Origin: Piromyces finnis finn
Lineage: Eukaryota; Fungi; Neocallimastigomycota
DNA: 64,000 nt
Direction: 5' to 3'
Assembly (NCBI GenBank): GCA_002104945.1
Contig: MCFH01000005.1
Location: 1,178,001 to 1,242,000, forward strand
Shown here: positions 1 to 15,698 of the stretch, piece after piece
How positions within the stretch are numbered: position 1 is the stretch's first letter
Layout of the letters: each line of letters opens with the position of its first letter
Made by a program: the position numbers and the translations under genes
The notes under the pieces: generated by a model
Databases searched by the model: none
The model's input: the letters and a program-made list of their open reading frames with translations, nothing else
Told to the model about the DNA's origin: nothing

Positions 1-378
1 GAAAGTACTGCCCTTGAATACTACGATCAATTAGAAAAGAATGGAAAGTTCGATGGTGATGGTATGCGTTATTAAACATACTTATGTATATACGATAATT
101 TTTATTTTTGTCCTATTTGTTTTTCCAATAATTAACAAATTATATTTTCTATTTTAAATAAATAAGAACAAAAGCAATACCCAACTACCAAATTATGGAT
201 TTTAATTTTCCTTTCTAAGCTTTATGATAACAAGAGAAATTCAACTAAAGCTTTAGAATACATTAATAAGGCTATCGAACACACTCCAACATTAGTTGAA
301 TCCTACATGTTAAAAGCCCGTATTTACAAGGTAACAAAAAAATATATAAGTTCAAAATATACAATAATAATTAGATAC

Positions 379-451
<73 letters not shown>

Positions 452-1150
452 TATTTATCTAATTTTTAAATAATATTCTTTTCAGCATGCTGGTGATTTA
501 GAAACTGCCATGAACATCATGAATGAAGCTAGAGAATTAGATTTACAAGATAGATTCGTTAATTCTAAATGTGTCAAATACATGTTAAGAAACGGTAATA
601 TTGATGAAGCCGAAAAAACTGCTGGATTATTCACTAAAGTTGATTCTCCATCTCCACTTGCTGATTTAACTGAAATGCAATGTACATGGTATGAATTCGA
701 AAAGGCTATGGCTTACAAAAACAAGGGTGACAATGGTCTTGCCTTAAAGTTACTCCACCAAATAAACAAAGTACTTAATAAAAAAAATGAAAAAAAAGTA
801 GTCTTAAATAAAATAACTTATTGTATTTTTATTATTATTATTATCTTTTTTTTTTAATACTAGCACTTTAATGATATATATGATGATCAATTTGACTTCC
901 ATGTTTACTGTTTAAGAAAATCTTCATTCCGTGCCTATATTGAGTAATTATTAAAATATTTAATTCCTCACTAATATAAAGAAAATATATAATAATAATA
1001 AAATATTTTTAATTTGAAATAGTCTTTTACAATATGAAGATAAAATAAAGTCTCACCCATACTTCTTCAGAGCTGCTGTTGCTCTCGTTAAGGTAATTTT
1101 TTTTAAAATGATAATATTCAACATAATTCATTTATTAATTTTTCTTTTTC

Positions 1151-1185
<35 letters not shown>

Positions 1186-2575
1186 CTATATCAATAAATA
1201 CTATAATAGTTATACCTTAAACTTAATAGTCAACCAAGAAAGACTAAAGAAGAATTAGAAATGGAAAAATATGGTAAATCTTCAAATTAAATAATAATAA
1301 AAACTAAAATTAATAATAATTAACATGATAAATTTTTTTATTATTCAAGCTAATTTATCACCATCTGAAAGAAAGAAGGCTTTAAGAAAAGCTCGTAAAG
1401 CTCAATTAAAGAATGCTCAAACTCAAGTTGAACAAACCCAAAAGAGTAATTACGCATAATTATTTAAATTAAATTATTATTCCATAAAAGATTATAAGAA
1501 TAGCAATTCATATTTAATAAAAATTTAAATTACTAATTAATAGAGGAAGACAATACCACCAACAAGAAAACTGATGATGATCCAAATGGTGAAAAATTAC
1601 TTAACGCTAAAGACTATGTTGAAGAATGTGTTCCATTCATTAAATCTTTATTAGAATTTGCTCCAAATAAGATTGAAAGTCATATACTTGCTAGTCAAGT
1701 CTACATTCTTAAGAGTATATATCAATTTATATATTATTTTGATAAATATTTTATATATTTATTTATTTATTTAAAAATATTTTAAATTCATTTATAATAG
1801 AAAAGTACTTACTTGCTCTTAAGTCATTAAAGAAATCTCTTGCTATTGATAAGAATAATGGTGAAGTTCATAAAAACATTGTCCAATTTGTCAAAAATTG
1901 TAAGTAAAGAATAATAATAATAAATAAATAAATAAAATTGCAATATAATAGAAATCATATTTTATATTTTATAATATTTTAATAAAAATATTAATAAATA
2001 ATATATTATTAATTTTAGTCAACGCTGATAAGGACACTGTTAATGCTACTTCAAGAAAAATAATAGAAGAAGAAATTGCTAATATCACTAATAATGATGT
2101 TTCAAAATTTACTGATGACTTCCTTGCTAGTAACCCTAACTCCATAACAAATATCATTAAATGTAAATATCATAATAAAACAGTTATATAAAACCCTTAA
2201 AAATTTTATTATAATTAATTGGCATCATAATTAACATTAAATTTTAATAATTTTTAAAAATAATAGCTGCTGAAGCCAAGTTAATTATTGACCCAAATCA
2301 AAATGTTGATTTCTTAGTTAATGTTGCTAACACTATTGATGACTCAAAATATGAAGAAGGAAGAACTTTAGATGTAAATATTATATTTATTATTTAAAAT
2401 AACAAAAAAAAAATTAAATATTAATATTTAATTATTTTTATTATTATATATGAATATATAGAATTCCATTGAATTATACAATTTATTAAAATCCTTAAAT
2501 AAGAATGAAGTTGCTGAACAACTCAAATCAAAACTTGCTTCCATTTACACTTTTTCTACTTTCTTAAAAAATTAA
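1..2575 (+). CDS. NAT1: N-terminal acetyltransferase A auxiliary subunit (Nat1/NAA15), 5'-truncated by the window edge, multi-exon
   Basis: Hand-spliced GT-AG exons include <1-61, 167-330, 486-770, 864-943, 1023-1092, 1210-1273, further exons, and a last exon 2462-2575 ending in TAA. They read [83 protein letters not shown] and DDDPNGEKLL, which are characteristic Nat1/NAA15 segments. Confidence 0.95.
383..446. repeat. (ATT)n microsatellite in a NAT1 intron
   Basis: Near-perfect trinucleotide run inside intron 331-485. Confidence 0.9.
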
Positions 2576-2881
2576 AAAGAAAAATAGCGACATGATAAGA
2601 ATCAATTATAAAAAAATATAATTATCGAATATGCAAAAAAAAAGGAAAAAAAAAAAAATTAAAATGTAACAGATTATTATGAAATTTTCTAATAATTAAT
2701 ATAATTTTGTTTAAGCTTTTTTTTTTTTTTTTTTAATATAATTTATATAATTATTATTTTAAATATATTTACAATTAAAATAAATTATAATATTTATAAA
2801 AATAAAATTTATAATACATCTACTGCAAACATTAATAAATATTTTTAAATATAAATAATGCCTATTTTTTTTCATTTATTA

Positions 2882-2883
<2 letters not shown>

Positions 2884-2970
<87 letters not shown>
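2884..2970. repeat. (ATT)n microsatellite, intergenic
   Basis: Perfect trinucleotide run between the convergent 3' ends of NAT1 and the ADIP-like gene. Confidence 0.9.
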
Positions 2971-2973
<3 letters not shown>

Positions 2974-3361
2974 TATATTCTGTTTTAATATTTATTACTA
3001 TTTAAAATATGAAGAATGGTATATATAACAGGATAAATTTATACTTTTTTAAAATGAAAATGAAAAGAAAAAAAAATATTTAGATTAATTATGAAAAAAT
3101 TTATATTATTAACTATTTGATAATATTTAATCAAAATATAATACAATAAATATTTAAAAAAAATAATAATAATAGATTATTAAAATAGTAAAAAATTCAT
3201 TTAAAAATATAGTAAATATATAGTTTATAAAATAAATGATCAGCATCAGCAATAATATATTTATAAATATATTTTAAAAGAAAAAAAAAAAGGATATCTG
3301 TTTTTTCGTTTATATTATATTTCCATATATTATAATTAAATTATTAGATGGATAGTTAAGC

Positions 3362-6123
3362 CTAGGATTTATTCAATTCAGAATTATTTTTTAAGCTATA
3401 AGTTTTAGATAAAGATAAAAATGATTGTTTATTTTTATTAATACGTTCCAAAGCTTGATTTATAAATGCATTAATATCGTCTTTTTCTTTATTTCTTATC
3501 ATAAATTCATCTTGATTATTAATATTTTTTATTGATCTTGAGGATTTCGATTCTGAATTTAACATAATTGGTGTATTAGATAATATGGATTGAGATAATG
3601 GTGATTCTGAAATTCTTAAACTATTGGTTGTATTAAAAGAACTGTCAATATAACTGTTTTTATTTAAATTATTTATATTAGGTGAAAATTTTGTTGGTAT
3701 TGGTGTACTTAGATTACTGTTTAATGAATATGAAAATGATTTTAATTCTGGATTATTAATAGGAGTATTAGATGATTCTGAGTTAATACTATTAATTCTA
3801 GTATTACTTTATTAAAAATGACAATAAAAATAATAATTATTGTTATTATTATTGTTTTTATTCCATTAATAAATTACATAGGTAATGAATTAATTAGTAT
3901 TTATTATAATAATTGATGTCTTTTTAATATATATATACTATTTTATTTATAATTACATTTTTTCTTCTTCAAACTTCTTCTTTTCATTTTCAAGTGATTC
4001 TTTTTCTTGCTGTTGATTTATTTTGAATAAATAGATATACATTAATATATTATTATAATAATTACTATGAAATAGTTTTAAATAAATCGATTTATTAATA
4101 TATATATATAATGTATAATGTATAATTACAGCAAGTAAGGCTCTTTCTTTTCCCATTCGAACTGCTGCTTCGGTAAATTTCTTTTTTTCTGATTCTAATT
4201 GTTCTTTTTGTTTTTCAATTTTTAAATACTCTTCTTCAAGTTCTGCATAAACAAGCTTCCTATCCTTATTATTTAATTTTTTATTACTATATTCTTCGTC
4301 TATTTGCATGTTTGCTAAATGAGAATTTATAAATATATTGTATATACATATATATATATTTCATGATTAATTTTTTTTTTTTTTTATTTATTTAAAAAAT
4401 AAAATCAAATTTAATAATAAGCTTACAATCTTCCGATGATTTATAAGCTAGTTCTTTATTATCGATTGAAGTTTCTTCTTCTTGTTCTTGATCATTTACA
4501 TCTTCTTGAATTGAAAAAATATATTCTTTAAATTGCTCCAATAAATCATTCACTTTTTGACCTAAATATTCTCTTGAAATACTAAGTGGTAACTTAAATT
4601 GAGCATCTTCTGGTCTTATATATTCATTCTAATTACAATAAATATATATACAATATGATTATTTAATATTTATTAAAAGAAATAATAAATATTGGATATA
4701 ATTTATTTTAAATATTTAATAAAATTTTACTTGAACTAAAATATTTGTAACTTCTTCTACATTATTTGGATCAAACTCCCTTTCATCTTCTTCTACACCT
4801 AAAATCAATTCGATTTCCTTATAAATATCATATAAAGTTTGACGTAATAAGCAATTTTCATTATGTAACTCTTTTTCTGAATGTTCATAGTTTGAAATTA
4901 AAATTGAAAACATATCTTCATTCTAAATAAATATATATAAACATATATTCAAATTATATTCAAATTAATAAAATTATATTTATACATGATTATATATTAT
5001 TATATTAATGGATTTGATAAATACTGAAGATTTTTTATCATTGGATATAACAATTTTTGATAATGGATTTGCTAAATGAAATCTTATACCAGAATTTGAC
5101 ATTTTTTCATTAAATCTTTTTTGTAATTTTTCTTTTACTTTCTGTAATTCAATTTCTTTTTTACGAATTTCATGCTTTCATATTATTTAATTAAAATTAA
5201 AATAAATTATTATAATGGTAAAAGTGAGTATAAAAAAAGGGGGGTGAAGAAGAAGAAAGACAAATTATTTGATTATATATAAAATTATTTTACCATATAT
5301 TGATTTTTTAAAGATTGTAATGTGTTTTCCAAATGTTTAATTTTTTCTTTCAAAGTGGTATTATTTCTTTTAATTTCTTTATTGTTTCCAGTTAATTCAC
5401 TAATTGTTTTTATTATTATGATTAATTTATATTCTGTAATAAATTACAAAATTAATATATATTGGTAATTACATTATTTTATTATTTAAAGTTTTTAATT
5501 CATGTTGAGAATGTTCATGTTTCTGTTTTAATTTATCCTAAAATAATAAGAAAAATGAGAATAATAAATTAATAAAAAAATAATAATAATAAATTTAAAT
5601 TTATATTATTTTTACCATATTTGAATTGAGAGTGTCATTATCTAATGCTAATTGTCTTAAATCATTCATCATTTCCTGTTTATAATCATTATCTTTCTAA
5701 ATTATATTAGCAATTATGTTAATATTTGCTAATTATTTATATAATATTTAATATAATAATTAAGATAATGTTGATATTACTTGATGTTGTTGAATCAATG
5801 CGAATATACATTCTATAATATGCCTTGCATCTTCTTTCTTTAAACCTTTCAAATTAATGTAAGAAGGAAATCCTTGAATTGATAATTGATGATTTAAATA
5901 TTTTAAACTATCTTTAATATTTAAATCTGTTTTTATATTATTCTCCTTACTTTTTAATTGTAGTATTTATATAATAAAAAATATATAAATATATGTTTAT
6001 GTATTATAATAATTATAATAAATATAACAATAATGAAATCCATAACAAAAAGGCATACTCCTTAGTAAGTAATTCTTCCAACCCTTGCATTTTCAAAGGA
6101 CTTGGTACATCTGAAGACATCAT
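3362..6123 (-). CDS. Afadin/alpha-actinin-binding (ADIP/SSX2IP/Msd1-like) coiled-coil protein, multi-exon
   Basis: Start MMSSDVPSPLK at 6123. Spliced exons read SLKYLNHQLSIQGFPSYINL...IIECIFALIQQHQ, QEMMNDLRQLALDNDTLNSNM and HEIRKKEIELQKVKEKLQKR, a pattern typical of the ADIP domain. Later coiled-coil exons overlap ORFs 4716-4913, 3953-4309 and 3362-3565. Stop TAG at 3362-3364. Confidence 0.75.
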
Positions 6124-7089
6124 TTTTGCTGTTAGATTTAACTTTAAAACCACTTCAATTCTTTTATGTCAATACCTTAAATTCAAAGAAAATATGTTTT
6201 TATATATAATAAATGTAAATTTCTATAATTCTACCTTTTGAAATTTTATTTAATAAATATTAATTATTAATCCCAGGAAAAAAAATTTTTCATTAAATAT
6301 TTCAAATTACTTTTTTGAATTTTAAATTTTTATTCGACAAATTAAATTTTTATAACCATCAATTGGCCCATATTGGGCTTTATTTAATCTTAAATTAAAT
6401 TTTATTATTAAACAAGCAGTTTTTTTAAATTAATTAAACATTTATAAAGGTTAGATTAAATAGGTTTTTTGACATTTTTTTTAGTATAATTTCAAAAGTC
6501 AAATAAAAAAACAAAAGTTATTATAATATAAATAATAATTAAATATTTATTTTTTTTTGAAAATTACATGATAATTACAATTATAATCCATAAAATTAAA
6601 AAACTCTTGAATTCTAGTATATACATGATGTCAAAATATTTTTTTATTCTAATAAGATTATCTTAAATTTTATTGGACTTAAATTATACATTATAAATAA
6701 TGAAAAAAAAAAAAGAATTATTCAGTTCATATATACAAAATTCAAAGAAAATTATAAACTAATTTATAATCATAGCACTATTTTAATAATTAAATGCTTA
6801 TACAAATATCTCTATATTTCAATATTTTTATTAATTATATATATAATATATAATATATATTAAATATGTTATTTAAAATCAATAACAACATATTCGAGGG
6901 TATTTTATATTAGTATATATTATATAAAAGTAAATAATTAATATTTTAACATTAATTCTTTTATTTTGCTTAAATTAAAATATATTTAAAAAAAAAAAAT
7001 AATAACAAATTAATAAATACTATAATAATATATAAATTATAATATATGATTAATATGTATAATATTTTTATTGTATATTTATTATAAAA

Positions 7090-10000
7090 TTAAACATTAT
7101 TTTTCATTTTTTCTTTGTTTCTTTTTTCCCATAGTTTTTTTCTATATTTGCTAATAATTTTATTTGATAAATTTCCAATTCCTCCTTTTCTTAAAACCAA
7201 ATGGTAGCCTTCATTTTTAGGGAAGGTTACTCTCCAAAATACTTGCATTTGTTCTATTAAATCATTATTACTTGATGATGATAATTTATTATCTTCATTG
7301 CTATTACTTCCGCTTTTATCATTATTATTACTAATATTACATTGATTATTTAATGATACATCATTTGTATTATCTTCTAATTCATCATTTTTAATACAAT
7401 TTGTAGAAATATTTTCTTTATCATTATTTTCACTTTCATTGATATTATTATTTGAACCAACTAATTTTCCATTATTTTTATTTAACGATGGTATGTCTTC
7501 ATCTTTGATATATGTTGTACTAACATCTGGAGTTAAATAATATTTAACATAAGATGATCTTCTTGACTCACCAGTTGAACATGATTCGTTAATAATTTCC
7601 GAAGATAATATAATTATAGGTTTATTGAGTTCGTTGGAAGATGATACTATAGATGAACTATTAATTGAATTAAATGAACCTGATTGTTTATTTTTATAAT
7701 CTAATAAAGCAGATTCTGAAAGATTATTTAATTTTTCTTCATTACCTAATTTATTATCTTCTTGAGAAAATAAATTTCCATTATTATTAGTTGGAGAACT
7801 TGATATAGATGGAATAATTTCATTTGAACAATATATTCTGAAATCAGGACCTTTAGCTCTTATACCCTTATTTTTTTGACCTATTACTATATCATTTGGA
7901 TCTAATTTATTAGTCATTTTCTTATTACAATTATTTTTTGATGGAGATAATAAATTGTTCTTATTTTCTATATTAGGATTTTTAATTTCATTTATATTAT
8001 TATCATCATATTGATAATATATATTAACAAAACTTTTAAATTCATCATTACTATCTATCTGTTGAAAATCATTAAAAGTATGGTGACTCTTTTTTAATTT
8101 ATTAGTTGAATTATTAGAGCAATCTTTATCATCTTTTGAACTGCTCATGCTACTTAAACTAAGAGATAAAGAATGATATTTCCTACTTAGATTATTTAAA
8201 GAATAATACTTATTTTCTTGTGGTATATCATCTTTAATCATAAAATTATCATATTGACATGATAGTGCGTTTTTTTTATGTTTTGTATGATTCAAATGCG
8301 ACTGTCCAATTTTACTACCATTTAAAATATCTAAATATTTAAAGTTTTGTTGTTTATCTATAATTTTTTCTTTTAATTTTTCTTCTATTGTTTTTATTAA
8401 AATATCATTATTAAACGATACAAATGAAGATTTCTTCGGATCACTAGAAATTATACTACAAGAATCACCATTATTGCTTAAAGGTATGCTATTTTCTTCA
8501 TTTAATTTTATTAAATCCCCATTTATTGTTCCGGTTAATTCATTAATACTAAAGAAAAATTGCTCTTCATCATCCTCATCTTCATCTTCCGATCCTGAAT
8601 ATGAAATAGACGAACATGTTAAATCAGATGATTGTGTAGACACTGATGATTGAGATACCATTGATAATGGAGGTGAATATCTGATTTCATTATGACTATG
8701 ATTACTTAAAATATTATTTTTATTATTAAATACATTATTAATATCATTGTTGGATGTTGTTTCTTTTATAATATTTTCACTACTTCCTAATTTTGTAATA
8801 GAATCATCTAATAATATTACTTTTTTTATAATATTTTTTAAATATTAATATTAAATTTATATATATTTCAAACATATTTATGTAATATAATAATATACAT
8901 ACCTTGTTCATTACTTGATAAATCTATATCTTCATTGCTTGATAAATTGTTACTAATTGAATTGGAAGTGCTTAAAGTTAAACTATTATTGAACATTGAT
9001 TGGATGTCTGTTTTTTCTTTTCCTTTTTTATTTTTATATTTCAGTACTCTATTTCTTAAATTAATATTAGTATTACTTGCTTCCTTTATACTATCTTCAG
9101 AAGAACAAAATATATCATTTTCATTACTTGATAAAACTTGTGGGGAACTAACAATATTTAAATGGGAGGAAGACATAGAATTATTTACGTTATTAGTTTT
9201 AGTATTTATTTGATATAATGGTTTTACAATAATTAAATTTCCATTTTGATCATTTTGATTATTTGAAGTATCCTCCATAATGCTAGATTGTTCACAATCT
9301 TCAAAAGAATCACTAGATTCATTTAAATAATCACTATTATTAACGTTATCATTAAATTGACTTTGTGAATAATGGTTAACTGAATATAACTCTTTTTTAC
9401 TATTTATTTCAGAATTAGATTCATTACTATATAATTCATTAGTATTATTATTTATATCTATAGAATTGTTTATGCTTTCATTAAGAGTATTATAATAACT
9501 TTTATTATTATTATTTTTAATAGCTTGATTATCAGATGAAGCAACATTAATTGAATTTATCGAATTTAATGTATCTCTACTAGATTTGTTTTTAAAATTA
9601 TTATATTTTATAAATGATTTTTTATAGCGTTCTGTGTTACCGAGATTTTCAAGTTGTTTCTTAAGAATATCAAAATTAGAAATACTTTTTTTACTACTAT
9701 TTTTCTTACCAGGTAATTCTGTATTGGAATTTTTCAATGAATCTTTCTGAATTGATAATTTTTTTGAATTTACTAATTTTCTATTCTTCAATGCAGTACT
9801 TATTTTATTATAAAATGATCCCTCAAGATTATTGTTATAATTCACTGAATCATAATTATATTTATTATTTTTTGATGGGTTTTCAGAATAACTTTTTGTA
9901 TGATTTCTATTTTTATGTTTTTTACTTGAAAACGATTCTTCTCTTTTTTCTATACTCTTTATATTATCCGATGAACTATGTATTGAACCATCATTAGAAT

Positions 10001-12252
10001 TCAAATTTGTATTTGTAATTGAACTTTTAGAATGCCTGATTTTATTTTCTACTATCTGGGGCATATTTGTTTTATTTTTATTTTCATTATTATTAAATAT
10101 GTTTTGTTGAGGTTGATTCTTATATTTTATTGAAAGAAATGATGAAAAACTTTTATTTCTTTGATGGCTATGTTTTCGGCATGGTAAATGTTGATTTTGT
10201 ATAACCTGATAAAGTTGTTGTTGATGTTGATGTTGTATTTCATGTTGTTGCTGCTGTTGTTCTTGTTGATGTTGGAGTTGGGCATTACCTATTTCTGGAT
10301 TGGCAGTTTGCTTTGAAGAATCTCCATTTTCAAAATTCTTTTTTAACTCTAACTGGTTGGTAATAGGATTTACTAAAGTAATTGAATAATATAAATTTTT
10401 CAAAGGATTTATAGAATATCTTGGTCTAAAACAAATCTTTATATAAAATAAAAAAAAAATAAAATTATTACTAAAAATAAATTCTTCTAAAAAAATTATA
10501 AAATACATAAAAAGAAAATATTATATACCTCCATAAATCTATGGCAATCAATGATTTTATATGGTAAATTCTTTATATATTAAAATATTATATATAAGTG
10601 TTTTAATAAATACTATTATAATAGTAATATAATTTTTAACTTAATATTTACATTAATAAAATCCCATCCTTCTAATTCATCATCATTCTTTGAAATATCA
10701 TTTTCATATATACGCAATAATGTCAATGTTACTCTTATAATTGTTATATAGCCTTCCCTGTAATAATAATAATATTCGATATTTATTACTTAACCATAAT
10801 ATAAAATATGTATATATGTATGTATATAAATTTAAAAATTATTCTTACGTAAATATACAATCCCAAACTCTTAGAACAGTCTATTTATAATAAGAAATAA
10901 GATAAATTATGAATTATAAAAGGTATTATATTTTAAAAATATATTAAAATTTATATATAGTAAATTTAATAGTATATAATATACCAACCTCAATTGGTAA
11001 TACACCAACAAAGCATGTAGTCATCCATTTAAAAGTTAAAATGCCTAACTTTGTTAAATTTTGAGAATCAGGTACTTCATCTATTCCATTCATTATATTA
11101 TTCTTTTTTTCCATATCTTTTTTCCATTTTGCTACTTTTTTTACACCAAATTTTCTTCCATTTTCGTCAATAATTAAATTCCATAATAATTCCTGTTCTA
11201 TAATAGCACCTTCCATACCATTTTCTCCATACATTTCTCTAGGAAGAATTTTATCAATTAATGTAACAAAAACCCAGAAACACATTTCTTCGATGGCAGT
11301 ATTTGTTTTAAATAGTTTATCATTATTTTGAGAGAAAATTAAAAGTAATAAACCCGCTATATAATTTAATGATTGACAATATCCAATAGTATAAGAAGTT
11401 CCACCATATCCATTATCAGATTTTGGAAGAGAATAATATACAAATGCAACTAAAATATTTCTTAATGATCCAATATATGGATTAATGTAAAATTTTTTAT
11501 TTGGTACTCTTTCATCATCACTATCCATTGTTAAAACACTTTCATCCACAGCAAAGTATTTATTATCAGGAAAAGTTCTAAATAAATCTATTTTTTTATT
11601 TTGTTTAAAATAATTGATTATAACAATAAAGTGTTACTCATCACTAATAACTAAATTAAAAATAACTAATTCTAATTCTTTCTATTAAATTCACTATATA
11701 CCTTTTTCAACTGCAAATATACAATCCAGAGACTTTGAATCTTTTTTTGTTAATCCTTTACCTCTTTCAATATATTCATACTTTAATAATTCTACATATA
11801 AACCTTTATTTTTTTCCATTTCCTCCTTTGCCCCACTATAATAAAACCAACATAATGATCTAATATATCCAGGTATTCCTTTACGGATAAATCTTTTAAG
11901 TTTTGATGACATTGATGGAAACTCTCCACCACATTCTTCTAATAATAAATTCCATTTCTGTTCCCTTCTTTCTAGAATTCTTTGATAATATATTTCATAT
12001 TCCTCTTGTCTCTTTTTAGATATATATTTATATATTTTTTTAAATCCATATTTATCACTTTATAAAAATTTATTATAAATGAAAAAAAATATAATAAATA
12101 AAAAATTATATATAATTAATATACAAAAAAAGGAAAATTTATTTTTTATTATATTTTAAATACTTGTATAATTTATTTTTTAAAAAAAATAATAATAATA
12201 AAATAAAAAATAAAATAAAAAAGAGCCACAAACATTACTTATTTTAAATAAA

Positions 12253-12283
<31 letters not shown>

Positions 12284-12505
12284 TAATAAGTAGAGTAATA
12301 AAAAAGATTTTTACTAAATATCTTTATCATCTTTGATTTCTGAAATAATTGAATTTTCTACTAATGGAATTTCTATATTATGAATTAAATATTCCTCATT
12401 ATTCGAAACAAGACCATTATTATCAAATTGATATTGATTTTCATCATCTTCTGAAGAGTAATCATTTAAATCAATCTCTACTAATTCATCATCAATGATT
12501 TCCAT
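7090..12505 (-). CDS. TBC-domain Rab GTPase-activating protein, Msb3/Msb4 (Gyp3/Gyp4)-like, with a long N/S-rich C-terminal region
   Basis: Exons 12505-12315 and 12057-11702, then an exon starting at 11587 and further exons. They give YDKYGFKK...KWNLLL...SKLKRFIRKGIP...WFYYSGA, EKDLFRTFPDN, GYCQSLNYIAGLLL, EEMCFW and TVLRVWDCIFTEG. Large 3' exons correspond to ORFs 8868-10508 and 7090-8661, joined by a GT-AG intron at about 8810-8900. Confidence 0.88.
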
Positions 12506-14390
12506 TATAAAAATTAATATATATTTTTTAAATATTTAAAATATTATTGTTTTTGTTGTTACTATTGTTTTATGTTTTTATATTTCTTCTTTTTTTTTTT
12601 ATCCTTCTTTTGTAATATTATATATAATAGTATTTTATTTTGAATAAATTAATTTAAATATTTATATCGTATTATATGAATTCCATTAAATTATATTATT
12701 AACTTTTATAAAATTTAAAAAAAATTGAATATTAAATATATCCAAAATATTATTTTCTCTTAGTATTGTTACGATATGTTTGAAGAAAAAGAAAAAAAAA
12801 AATATACTAAAATTAACTTTAATTATAAAACAATATTTATGTAAAACTGTTTGAAATAATGATAATATGTTATAATGAATGATATTCTTAATTTATATAA
12901 TGTTATATAATGATTGTTTGTATATTTCTATTATTTATATAGTATAATATATTCTATTTTATAAAAAAAAAAAAAAAAGATAGTAGATAATTTTTTATAT
13001 TTTATATCTTATAATAGAAGAGTTTTATAAATAATATGTTTTATATGAATATTTATATAATTAATTTGTATTATCCAATATGTTATTTTCATTTCCAATA
13101 ATTTTATTTTATTTTTTCCTATATATATAATTAAAAGTATTTTAACTCTTTTTTCCCTTTCTATATCACTTCATTTTTCTTTTTCTTTTATGCCTATAAT
13201 TAAAAGACCTTTTTTAATTATTTTTTCTTTATTACTCTGTGATATTAAATTAAAAATTTGGTTTAAAAAAAAAATAATATATATAATATAAATATGGAAA
13301 ATTTTAAATTATTTAATTTATTAGTAAACCACAATTTTTAATTTAACATTTTCAAACTTTAAAAATAATTAATTTATTTTTTTTTTTTAATTTTTTGAAT
13401 AAAAAATAAAATGGAAGTTGTTGCTGTTGCTGTTGTTTTACTTAGTATTGCAATTAAAATTAGTTTTATTATTTAATTTCTTTTTCTTGGGATATTTAAT
13501 ATATTATATGTAATGGATTTAAATAAAGAACTACTATAAGATATTATTTTTCTTTAATGAAATATTAATGTCGAAAATTTACAAATTAGAAGGATAGAAT
13601 AAAATTAAAAATTGTAATTAATATTTAAAAATTGAATTTAAACATTAATATTCTCCAATAATAAAACTTTAAAAGCGTATAATTAAAATTATAAAAATAG
13701 AAACACATAATTTGAACATGTCCTTGGTAAATACACTTTTATATTTTATTTTAAAGAACATGTCATAAATAAAACAATTAAAAAATGTTGTAAATTGGTA
13801 TATTACTATAAACATATTTTCAAATATTTTAGTATTAATATTAAAAAATTACTATATATTTTAATAATAATATTAAAAAAAAATTAATTTGTTTTCATAT
13901 AGTTTAGAATGACAATTACATTAAAAAAATTATTTTGTTTTCATATAATTTAGTAATAATAACATTAAAAAAAATATTGAGAATTACATAATGCTTATTG
14001 TCAAAATATAATATTTTCAAAGATGTAAGGTTTTCAAATAAATACCACCATAATACTTATACATATATTACAATTGCTATATAAGGAATATTTGTATATA
14101 AAATTAGCATTTAAAGTTTAATTATTTCTCTCGCTTTATTATCCTAACCTTTAAATATTTTTTATAAAAATAATGTAATAATAATGTATACAGATTTTCA
14201 ATATAAAATTTAGCAAATAGTTAAAATGAGTGGTTTAATATTATCCAATCAACATTAATTTTAAAATTTTACATCCAATGTATTTCATGTATTATTTGAA
14301 AAAAATAAGTTAGGAATTGGCTACAAAATTTAATATCCTCTCTCTTAAAATTTATTTTTTGTTGTGAGGTGAATATTCACGATTTGCAAC

Positions 14391-15072
14391 ATGGTTAGAT
14401 CAGGTATTGCTATTGGTCTCAACAAGGGACACGTTACTACTCAAAGAACTCTTAAGGCTAAGCCAAGCACTAAGAAGGGTGTAAGTTTTTTAATAAAAAT
14501 GTGATAAATGGATGAAAATGTGTTGTAGTGTTTTTTTTATTTTGTATTGTTGAGTATATGTGTTGTTTATGTAAATGAAAAAGTTATGATATATAAAGTG
14601 GTGTTAAATAGAAAAGGTAATATGATATAAAACGTTATGTCATATATCTTCTAAATTTAATTATGTCCTTTATAAATTAATGAATTGGTTTTTTAATTAT
14701 TAAAAAATGTAATGAATGTATGAATGAATATTTATTGATAAAATTATCAATATATTATTAAATAATATATAGCAAAACACCAAGCGCAGAGTCTTAGTCA
14801 AGAATGTCATTCGTGAAATCGCCGGTTTCGCCCCATACGAACGTAGAGTTATTGAATTATTAAGAAACTCCAAGGATAAGCGTGCTAGAAAGTTAGCTAA
14901 GAAGAGAGTAAGTTATTAATAAAATTATATAATGTGATGATGAATGAATATATGTTAATTTAAAATAAATATAATATAATAATATCTAAAATAGCTTGGT
15001 ACTTTCGTTCGTGCTAAGAAGAAGGTTGAAGAACTCAGCAACGTTCTTACTGAATCCAGAAAGCACCACTAA
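14391..15072 (+). CDS. RPL36: 60S ribosomal protein L36 (eL36), 3 exons
   Basis: Exons 14391-14480, 14773-14907 and 14995-15072 translate to [100 protein letters not shown]. Both introns start GTAAGT and end AG. Confidence 0.98.
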
Positions 15073-15698
15073 ACGAATTAAATTCAATAATAATTTAATA
15101 AAGTTCATAATCAAAAATTATAAAACAAAAATAGATGATTCAATAAAAGTAGAATGTGTATTAAGTTTTGTGTGAAGAATGTATTAAATTTTAAATGAAT
15201 TCCAGTATTTTGGTTGTAATTTAAATAAAGTATACCAATATTATAAATTTAAAGTCGGATTTTATCAACAAAATTATAAAAAGTATTGTCGAAAAAAAAT
15301 AGAATAAATATATTTTAAAGATAAGGTATTATTTTAAAAATATAAACAACTATAAATTGTATGAGTTATTAAAGTAGTTTTATAAAGTGCGTTGAAGTTT
15401 TGTTTTAAAAGTATGATATTTTATAATTGGTATTTTGTAATTTTGGGGATAGAAGCTTTTTATTAAAGGAATATTTTAAAGGTAATTTAATTGTTGTTGA
15501 TATAGTCAACAAAGATAGTTGTATGTATAAAAATGAATTTTTATCATATTTAGGTAATGATGAAATATTTTATTTTTCCATTTCTCTAAATAGGTGAAAG
15601 TTCCAATTAAGTACAATAACCTGCCGAAAGTACGAACAAAATTAAGATTTTAATTATTTCTTTAAAAGATTTAAAAGAAAAATATTAGATAAGATTTC

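Noticed and set aside
14481-14994. Possible intronic box C/D snoRNAs in RPL36 introns
   Set aside because: Intron 2 has a TGATGA box C-like motif, but neither intron has a CTGA box D or a terminal stem.
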